A stretch of 20,000 nucleotides of DNA, from IMG/VR virus record IMGVR_UViG_3300042526_000204, one strand, 5' to 3'. This DNA comes from an uncultured virus (IMG/VR IMGVR_UViG_3300042526_000204) (lineage: Duplodnaviria > Heunggongvirae > Uroviricota > Caudoviricetes). The translations under genes and the position numbers were made by a program. Of this stretch, positions 8,301 through 14,584 are shown piece after piece; position 1 is the stretch's first letter; every line of letters begins with the position of its first letter. The notes beneath the pieces were generated by a model. The model was not told the DNA's origin. It saw nothing but the letters and a program-made list of their open reading frames with translations, and did not search any database.

Positions 8301-11300
8301 CCTACTCCTGCCACAAGACCTATACCTGCTGTAATAGCTGCAGCAGCTACAAAAGAAAGAGTTCCCCAACTAATTACAGATAATACTACAGCTCCTACAA
8401 TTAAAAGAACTCCTACAAATATAGCCCAAAAACCTTTTTTTGTGGCTCTCCTACTTATTCTTGTATCATAGTAAACAGTGTTAACATATCTTATAGAGTT
8501 TATATAAGTATCTCCATTAAAGATTACACAACTGCCTTCATTAGTAGTATCATTAAAAAGTTCAGGATTCTGACTTTCTTTATAATAAGGATCTAATCTA
8601 TAGTTAGAATAAGGTTCTCTTAACTCTCTATATAAATAAACATAAGGTAATTTTCTAACAGGGTAGTAAACAAAATTTTCTTTTAAGTGTAATATACCTA
8701 TTTTATTATCTATAGCTAGATTAAAAACATTTACAGATGTATCAGTACTATCTTCAGTTAATCTATCTTCAAGAGCATTTAAGTAATAGATTTCTTTAAT
8801 ATCATCTTTATCTAAACTAAAAGAATTAGATGATTTAAAGTCTGTAAAAGTTTCTCTAGTTTTAATTTGAAGACTCCAACCATCATCATCAGAACCTTTA
8901 TGTCCTCTTTGCTTACTAGTTCCAGGTGCTACATCTTGTATTCTTACTCTACTTTTTACAACTTCTTCTTTTTCAAACTCTCCTTGTTGAATAATTTTAT
9001 TAAAAACAGAATATTTTCTACCATTAAATTTATGTTCAGGAGAAACAAAGGCTACTACATCTTTCTTAATTCTTTGAGCTTCAGTAGCAGCAGTATTAAA
9101 TTCAGGAAATATGAGACCTTGTGCTACAAAATTCTTTTGTTGTGTTGTAGAGAGAAGAACAGCACTATCTACAACAGTTCTGTCTTCTTCTTTTCTTTCA
9201 TTTCTTACAATATAATATCCTGTAACTTTTACTCCTCCTGTTACTTCTAGAGTAGGTCTTTGAATATTAGAAAACTTAATTCCAAAAATAGGACACACAT
9301 ATAAAGGTTCTTCAGAAAATAGTATTCCTACATATTTAGTTACTGTGTAAGTCATTCCAGTTACTCCAGAGGTTCCAGTATAAGAATATGTTTCTGTAAT
9401 TGGATCAAAAGTAGGTCCTGTTAAAGTTACAATGTTAATTTCAGGGTCTGCACTAGAATCTAAAACTTCTCTAATTTGAACTACTCCAACATTTAATCCA
9501 TTTATAGGAGAAGACTGTGCTGTATATTCTACATTTATACCATTGTCTTCATCAGGACCTATAGCATATTCTGCAGGGTCTATTGTCCCTGCATAAAAAG
9601 TTTCATTAATTGTACCATCAATAACATAATCTACTTCATAACTATATACACCACCAGGGTCATCAGGACTTCCAAAATCTGCTGGAGTTGAAGTACAAGG
9701 AGGTTCACCAGGAACAGGGTCAGGACAAATTACAGGACAAACAGCATCTTCTTTACTAACTTTTACTATTAATCTAGTTTGTTCAAAACTAGTGTTATCA
9801 GCTCCTTCAGTTACTTTTTCTACAAAAGGAATATTGTAATCAGTTCTTAAAGGAAACCTATGATGTCTAACAGGTTTATCAGTAAGACTAACTCCTTTAG
9901 AATCTTCTCCCCAATAAGTATCTATACCACAAGTAGGGTTATCAATGTATCTTGTAGATTCACATTGATTATCAATGTTACTCATAGGATAAATGTTACT
10001 ACCTACAGAATACATTTCATCTAAAGGAGTTCCAATATCAGGGTTTTTCCCAGGTATATGATACACAGGAGAAGTAGTGTTATCTTCAAAAATATAAACT
10101 ATACCAAAAGAGTATATCTCCCCTGGCATATAACCTACCCCATTAAAGTGAGCAGCAGGATCTTTAGAATTAGCTTCACTATCTTTAGATACTATTACAG
10201 TCTTTGTAATCATATCTGCATTAATCTTGCTAGCAAATTTTTGAAGTTTACAATAGTTAATTTGTTTTCCTTCTATGTTACCGAGGACTAATCTGTTTTC
10301 AATTTGTTCAATACTTTGAGCTTTGTCAATAATATTGTTAAACATTGTTACCTCTTCTTGAGAACCAATACTTTCATAGTTGGTTCCTGTGTAATTAAAA
10401 AAAGGTTGTTTTGTAGAAATTTCAGAAGTATATTTAGTATCAGTAATTAAACCTCCACCTGCAGTAGCTTCTGTTATTGCTAATCTATAGAAAGGAAAAT
10501 CAGTATCTAAACTAGTTGGGTCAAATTTAATTCTAATAGCTTTGTTACTAACAGGAAAATCATAATAAGTACTTTCTTTTTTTCCAGTAGCCCCTTTTTT
10601 ATCTTTATAAAGAGTTGTAGCAGGGTCATTATAAATACTTATAGTTTCTGTACTTGTTACAAATTCAGTAGGGTTAAAATCTTCATCAAGATACTGAATA
10701 GAAAAATTATAAGAACCAGGAGCTAAAGTTCCTGATGCATCTAAAACTTCAATACTTTCTACTACAGGTATTTTTTTGTAAACTTTAAATAAGTTAAACT
10801 TAGAAATAACCCACTCACCTGTAGTCTTATCTTGAAACTCTTCTTCTTTGTCTAAGATAAACATTCTAGGTTTAGGATCAATCCAATACACAACTCTCTC
10901 ACAACCTCTTCTTAATCTAAAAGTGGCATCAATTTGTTGAGTTATTTTAAAACCCATTTTTTCATCTTGATTCTTATCACTAAAAACAGTAGTAAGATTA
11001 CAATTTTTATCTGCTATAACCATAGCAGAGTTTCCATTAGGATTAGCTAAAAACAAAAGAGTATTCTCATCACCAATATATACCTTACCTATAGGCACAT
11101 AATTAACCCCTAATAAAACTTCATTAAGAAAGTCATAACAGTCTTCATTAGATTCTTCATTTGCAAGAAAACCTAAATCTCCTTCTTTAGTTTCATTTAC
11201 TCCTGTCAGAACAAATCTTGTGGTTCCTTGAGGTTGAGTGACTAAAGAGGAGTCTGTATTTAATCCCCCTGGTTGAGTTACATTACCTTCTTCTCCTCCA

Positions 11301-11344
11301 AGTTCTTGTTGTAATTGTTTTACAATACTTTTATCCTTTGCCAT
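5321..11344 (-). CDS. Tail stabilisation/muzzle (nozzle) protein, P22 gp10 / crAss001 gp44-like, with large insertions
   Basis: 2007 aa. It starts with GGLNTDSS, contains GYMPGEIYSFGIVY, RHHRFP and FLPNNYKDL...GEIT, and ends with TMSYSL...WVSWHPYIP...FRDKFLVVRLIFDN. These motifs are typical of crAss-like tail stabilisation proteins. It follows the tail tubular gene. Confidence 0.8.
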   Translation of the reverse strand: MAKDKSIVKQLQQELGGEEGNVTQPGGLNTDSSLVTQPQGTTRFVLTGVNETKEGDLGFLANEESNEDCYDFLNEVLLGVNYVPIGKVYIGDENTLLFLANPNGNSAMVIADKNCNLTTVFSDKNQDEKMGFKITQQIDATFRLRRGCERVVYWIDPKPRMFILDKEEEFQDKTTGEWVISKFNLFKVYKKIPVVESIEVLDASGTLAPGSYNFSIQYLDEDFNPTEFVTSTETISIYNDPATTLYKDKKGATGKKESTYYDFPVSNKAIRIKFDPTSLDTDFPFYRLAITEATAGGGLITDTKYTSEISTKQPFFNYTGTNYESIGSQEEVTMFNNIIDKAQSIEQIENRLVLGNIEGKQINYCKLQKFASKINADMITKTVIVSKDSEANSKDPAAHFNGVGYMPGEIYSFGIVYIFEDNTTSPVYHIPGKNPDIGTPLDEMYSVGSNIYPMSNIDNQCESTRYIDNPTCGIDTYWGEDSKGVSLTDKPVRHHRFPLRTDYNIPFVEKVTEGADNTSFEQTRLIVKVSKEDAVCPVICPDPVPGEPPCTSTPADFGSPDDPGGVYSYEVDYVIDGTINETFYAGTIDPAEYAIGPDEDNGINVEYTAQSSPINGLNVGVVQIREVLDSSADPEINIVTLTGPTFDPITETYSYTGTSGVTGMTYTVTKYVGILFSEEPLYVCPIFGIKFSNIQRPTLEVTGGVKVTGYYIVRNERKEEDRTVVDSAVLLSTTQQKNFVAQGLIFPEFNTAATEAQRIKKDVVAFVSPEHKFNGRKYSVFNKIIQQGEFEKEEVVKSRVRIQDVAPGTSKQRGHKGSDDDGWSLQIKTRETFTDFKSSNSFSLDKDDIKEIYYLNALEDRLTEDSTDTSVNVFNLAIDNKIGILHLKENFVYYPVRKLPYVYLYRELREPYSNYRLDPYYKESQNPELFNDTTNEGSCVIFNGDTYINSIRYVNTVYYDTRISRRATKKGFWAIFVGVLLIVGAVVLSVISWGTLSFVAAAAITAGIGLVAGVGVALTLSGVKTEAWSKAYNQMYKVGLRDTISDSFVLYDTDPVSFNERGFSANPGDDEIQWLGECVNLWFESAVNMGLRHSFSDGTTGFIDSPGKVESGVTHVEINGEFHGVWYVRDTTLLPTTTFDFYMLNKLTYLDEKRQGGRSYLQIPPGEVYLINPDYTRRNKQKIFNHLALEYDCCSDCIETFPHRWHWSEQAFQEELTDNFRMFLPNNYKDLEAETGEITDIFRVQNNLYIHTEEGLWHCPQTFQERVTNDVITFIGTGEYFSIPPRKMVDDSNSSAGNRHKWARTKTKYGILFPSWKEKKWYLFNGESLQPISDSGNSNYFKTHMDFLLEDQYYEINKREYPYNNNPSNLLGVGFLSTYDSNKERFIITKKDSQITNLPLNSYEICSEGSQTIIFPNMAQIIATRLAAGWDYIGIEDCKMKFEKTTYQTKTDTVTKFVSVSNDMDVWAFFDDTMEPVLLAQLEDAFDKWITDELEPSGWTGTSQKVYNSTEKWLNFPSLIPLADRGKVLLLSFVNEAVDEVNPYYNNVYKTIIVYVNDPLGPPPTYPQIPQTIVTSTLLMSFTGQPTTSYTTHYNNFTGASGVHSTFEKFVGICYPVISTPKSKNFLMHCLAAVKGRNYTISEVNDLPLNLYFSTTPALAADWETLKSKLLVNPYKTLITAPDTNPGLEQYGWSVISDKNNIPVTLATTDCPGSELMISPCQFALDMKNVLTSTIERTEVEITNTYPVTQIEYENGQVFVPQILNNGYTMSYSLKRQEWVSWHPYIPSFYMHVQEKFYSWPQGSNYIWKHNRPNHYQTFYGTTYPFIVEYVDNPSPLTTKVWDNILFQTEAKKFDPVSEEYLDQPNMTFNKGVFYNTLQTTGMLTLAPKQNDSTNYFFQQTSNTPGVVTVDRNERDWTLNNLKDYRKQDNLFGAHTVPMFLKNIASLQSNYYIDKVVNPSAIDYNKDWSQLESFRDKFLVVRLIFDNFADTRLIFNFSALDKKQSER

Positions 11345-11346
11345 AA

Positions 11347-12375
11347 TTATCTCATATAAGCTGAGTTACCTGATGTGTATCTGTATTTGTTTGTAAAGTT
11401 AGGATCATTAAATATCCTATCTTCTGCTTTACCAAGTTTACCAAAGAAACCATAGTATCTTTTATTTCTAGGTAGTAAGTAGTTTCCTTGCTCCATAAGG
11501 TTTTCATACTCATCAGTTCCCCAAGGCATTTTAGCTTTGTTCTTAAACTGTTTAATGTATTTCAACCATCTAGCTTCAGCTACTTGAGCAATCTGCATAG
11601 CACCTTCTCTGTGGTTCCAAGCTTCTCTTTCTTTTACTTTCCAACCTAAGTAGTAAGTAATAGCTGCTTTAGCTGACTCATCATCAGGAACCATAGGGTA
11701 ACCTGTTTCTATATCTACCTTAGTTCTAAGATAAGCTACAGCTACAAGACCTTCCTTAAAACTAAATCTAAGTTGGTCTTCAATTATGCTATACTCATCT
11801 GTAAGAGAGTTGCTATTATTATACAAGCCATCACTGTCTTTGCTTTGACAAACTAGTGTATTAAAGAAAGTATGATTAGCTAGTCTCACTGGAGTAAACT
11901 TACTTCTAAAAGCTTTAGAGTGAACCCACCCTAAATATTCATACTGAAGATCAAAATAAGGTCTGTAGTATCCCACTTCAGGATCTCCTATTAACTCTCC
12001 ATTACAATCTAATAAAACCATGTCATGTGCATGTGAAGTACAGCAAGTAGAACATCCACAATTTGTGTGAGGTGTTTCTGAGACAAGATCAGTAATAATA
12101 GCTTGAGGAGTACAACTAACTTTTTCAGTAGCTGTCCAAGTATTATTCTTTGCTACTTGGATTATGTATTGTAATCCATTAGGCAAAGTAGCTTGATAGT
12201 TCTTAACCTCTAAAAAAGCAATAGCTTCTTCTGACATAGTAGCCATTTTCATGTGCCCTAATGCTTCTCCTATCCATTCAATAGCATCATCTTCATTAAG
12301 CTCATTGCCTCTGAAGTCTCTTAGATACTTAGATAGGATTGTATCTACACTTACATATTGAAATCTTTGTTGCAT
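11347..12375 (-). CDS. Tail tubular/ring protein (P22 gp4-like; crAss-like ring 1)
   Basis: 342 aa. It carries YVSVDTILSK...DAIEWIGEAL...VKNYQATLP and FSFKEGLVAVAY...GYPMVPDDES...AITYY, as in crAss-like tail tubular proteins, and lies immediately upstream of the muzzle gene. Confidence 0.75.
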   Translation of the reverse strand: MQQRFQYVSVDTILSKYLRDFRGNELNEDDAIEWIGEALGHMKMATMSEEAIAFLEVKNYQATLPNGLQYIIQVAKNNTWTATEKVSCTPQAIITDLVSETPHTNCGCSTCCTSHAHDMVLLDCNGELIGDPEVGYYRPYFDLQYEYLGWVHSKAFRSKFTPVRLANHTFFNTLVCQSKDSDGLYNNSNSLTDEYSIIEDQLRFSFKEGLVAVAYLRTKVDIETGYPMVPDDESAKAAITYYLGWKVKEREAWNHREGAMQIAQVAEARWLKYIKQFKNKAKMPWGTDEYENLMEQGNYLLPRNKRYYGFFGKLGKAEDRIFNDPNFTNKYRYTSGNSAYMR

Positions 12376-12376
12376 C

Positions 12377-12643
12377 TTAGTCTAGTTTATCTGCCAAAGA
12401 TTTATCTTTAGGCATGTTGATTTTAACTGGGTTTTCTTTTTGGAACCATTCTTTAGAAAAGTAATCATACTTAGTGTCATCACTTCCTTGAGGTGTCCAT
12501 TGAATATCATAACTCTTACAAATTATAAATCCATTTTCAATTTCTCTGACTCTGATATTAGTACTTTTCTTTACTATTGTTGCTCCTTCAGGTAGAGTGA
12601 AAGTCTTTTTACCTTCTATCTCTGCATTCATTATTTCTGCCAT
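12377..12643 (-). CDS. Small hypothetical phage protein (88 aa from the likely start)
   Basis: The track ORF starts at 12667, inside the upstream gene. The ATG at 12643 (TAAAAACATG; MAEIMNAEIEGKK...) avoids the overlap and matches the tight stop-start coupling seen elsewhere. It contains IRVREIENGFII. Confidence 0.7.
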   Translation of the reverse strand: MAEIMNAEIEGKKTFTLPEGATIVKKSTNIRVREIENGFIICKSYDIQWTPQGSDDTKYDYFSKEWFQKENPVKINMPKDKSLADKLD

Positions 12644-12647
12644 GTTT

Positions 12648-14075
12648 TTATGCTTTAGTGTATTCAAGAATTAATAAGAAGTCATTGATTGTAATGGCAC
12701 TTTGTGCTTCTTCAAATGTAACATTATTTCTATTAAGCATAATAACACCTGTAGAACCAATTCCAACATTAGAAGTAGCTCTAGCCATAGTAATTGGAAA
12801 AAACCAAGCAGCATCTTCTGTTGTAACACCTACAGGTGCATTAACAGTAACATCAGCTCTAAGGTACTTATCAATGTTTAAATTATGAACAATACCTACT
12901 CCTGCTGGAGCATCTAAAAGACCAGGTACAGTGAAAGCAATTACCTTTCTGTAGATAGGTTTACCATCAATCCAAGTTCCTCCTGTAAGAGCTTCTGTTT
13001 GAGAATAAGAATTATTTAGTTCTATAGGTTTATCAACTCTAATAATATTTGAATTATTATCAATGCCTAAAATTCTTCTGTTGTCTATGGTGATTTTACT
13101 AACACTATCAACACTATTGTTAACATAATAAATATTACCTAATGAATCTACAGTAATATCAAAAACATTTTCGTCTTCGCTTATAGTAGTTAATACACTT
13201 GTAGGAGTTCTTTTAACTACTTTTAATGCCCCACCTACATAAACATTATTTAAAGAATCTGTAGTTATACAATAAGGAAATACTACTGCGGTACTAAAAA
13301 CACTTCTTGCTCCTCCAGAAGTAATCCTATTTATAGTGTTGTTTGTATGACAAGTAAAAACATTACCTAATGAATCTACAGTTATATCTGTAGGATCAGG
13401 ACTTATAATACTTAAAGTACTAGGTGTTCCAACAGAGGTAATTTTAGTAATATTACTTGAAAGTTTATTAGCTGTATAAATATTTCCTGCTGAATCAACA
13501 GTTATAGCTCTAGGTTCGTTTCCAACAGATGCAAAAATACTTGGGTTTCCTGCTGGAGTTATTTTAGTAACAGTATCATCTACAGCACTACAAGTATATA
13601 TATTGTTTAATGAATCTATAGTTATGGCAATAGGTTTATTAATTGTACTAGCAAAAACACTTGAAAACCCTCCTGAAGTTATCTTAGTTACGTTATCCGA
13701 ACCAAAATTACAAGTATAAACATTACCTGAAGAATCTACTACTATTCCAATAGGCTGACTTCCTGTTGTTCCTAAAGTACTTGATGTTCCATCTGGAGTA
13801 ATTTTAGTTACATTATCTGAAAGTCTATTAGCTGTATAAGTATTTCCTAATAAATCTCTAGCAATACTATAGGGTTGAGATCCTGTAGTTCCTAAAATAG
13901 AAGTTGTATTTTCAATAGGTGGTATAGCTACTTCTATTTCATTTGAAATAATGTTAATATTTTTCCCTTCTAATAATGTTTGACCACTACCCCCTAATTG
14001 TTTTTTTGTTTGGTAGTATAAGTCTACTACTAATTGCTCTAATTTCTTTATTCTGAGTAATAACTGCTTTTCCAT
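12648..14075 (-). CDS. Putative fibre/receptor-binding protein: shared leader, 7 NHL/Vgb-like beta-propeller repeats and a C-terminal fibre-tip-like domain
   Basis: 475 aa. Seven ~40-aa repeats (P-x-x-I-x-x-D-S-x-G-N-x-Y...V-T-K-I-T) at about aa 60-332. The C-terminal YSQTEALTGGTWIDGKPIYRKV is a motif common in phage fibre C-terminal domains. Confidence 0.7.
   Translation of the reverse strand: MEKQLLLRIKKLEQLVVDLYYQTKKQLGGSGQTLLEGKNINIISNEIEVAIPPIENTTSILGTTGSQPYSIARDLLGNTYTANRLSDNVTKITPDGTSSTLGTTGSQPIGIVVDSSGNVYTCNFGSDNVTKITSGGFSSVFASTINKPIAITIDSLNNIYTCSAVDDTVTKITPAGNPSIFASVGNEPRAITVDSAGNIYTANKLSSNITKITSVGTPSTLSIISPDPTDITVDSLGNVFTCHTNNTINRITSGGARSVFSTAVVFPYCITTDSLNNVYVGGALKVVKRTPTSVLTTISEDENVFDITVDSLGNIYYVNNSVDSVSKITIDNRRILGIDNNSNIIRVDKPIELNNSYSQTEALTGGTWIDGKPIYRKVIAFTVPGLLDAPAGVGIVHNLNIDKYLRADVTVNAPVGVTTEDAAWFFPITMARATSNVGIGSTGVIMLNRNNVTFEEAQSAITINDFLLILEYTKA
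13080..13898 (-). repeat. Seven tandem ~120-bp coding repeats (beta-propeller blades)
   Basis: Examples: ILGTTGSQPYSIARDLLGNTYTANRLSDNVTKITPDG / TLGTTGSQPIGIVVDSSGNVYTCNFGSDNVTKITSGG / IFASVGNEPRAITVDSAGNIYTANKLSSNITKITSVG. Confidence 0.9.
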
Positions 14076-14553
14076 TTTAGTTTAAATTAAATTAAGTTAA
14101 TCTTATTTTTACTACTCCTGCTGTGTGATATAAACCTCCAACAGGTATTCCTCCTGCTGCAGCTAAAGCATCAGTTGCGTAATCATTTGATAATGGTGCT
14201 GTCATAATAAATTTACTACCTGTGACATCACCTGTTCTGTTTACTGAAAAAGTAGTTGCACCATTATTTGCCCCAACATAACAAAAACCTGTTGTAAGAC
14301 TATTAGAATATATACCTATACCACCATTAGCAGTTATTGAAGATAAAGCAGTTGATCCAGGTTGAGTATTAAAATTTCTTACAGCAACATTTATTGGAAA
14401 TCCAATATTTTCAAAAGTTTTTGCTCCTTCTATAGATTGATTACCAGTTATTAAAACTGCTCCTGCTTGTTGAGTACCACTTCTTACATTACGAAATAAG
14501 TCTACCACTAGTTGTTCTAGTTTCTTTATTCTAAGTAATAATTGTTTTTCCAT
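14019..14553 (-). repeat. 57-bp dispersed repeat at the 5' ends of two adjacent genes (14497-14553 and 14019-14075)
   Basis: Both copies encode MEKQLLLRIKKLEQLVVDL. They match at 50 of 57 nt, and all 7 differences are synonymous. Confidence 0.95.
14092..14553 (-). CDS. Short fibre-like virion protein with the shared N-terminal leader
   Basis: 153 aa. TGNQSIEGAKTF is a tail-fibre shaft-type motif. The C-terminus YATDALAAAGGIPVGGLYHTAGVVKIRL is of a type seen at the ends of phage fibre proteins. The first 19 aa are identical to those of the next gene. Confidence 0.65.
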   Translation of the reverse strand: MEKQLLLRIKKLEQLVVDLFRNVRSGTQQAGAVLITGNQSIEGAKTFENIGFPINVAVRNFNTQPGSTALSSITANGGIGIYSNSLTTGFCYVGANNGATTFSVNRTGDVTGSKFIMTAPLSNDYATDALAAAGGIPVGGLYHTAGVVKIRLT

Positions 14554-14584
14554 AATAATCTTAGTTGATATTAATTATAAATTT

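Noticed and set aside
8435..8441. A7 run just before the hydrophobic hairpin as a programmed frameshift site
   Set aside because: Such runs are common in this AT-rich sequence, and I see no supporting stimulatory structure or long alternative frame.
12644..12667. The track's start for the 96-aa ORF, overlapping the upstream gene
   Set aside because: The ATG at 12643 follows the upstream stop by 4 nt and fits the local coupling pattern better.
14019..14553. The 57-bp repeat pair as a diversity-generating retroelement TR/VR or an invertible switch
   Set aside because: The differences are synonymous and not adenine-specific. The repeats are direct and at gene 5' ends. No reverse transcriptase or recombinase is present in the window.
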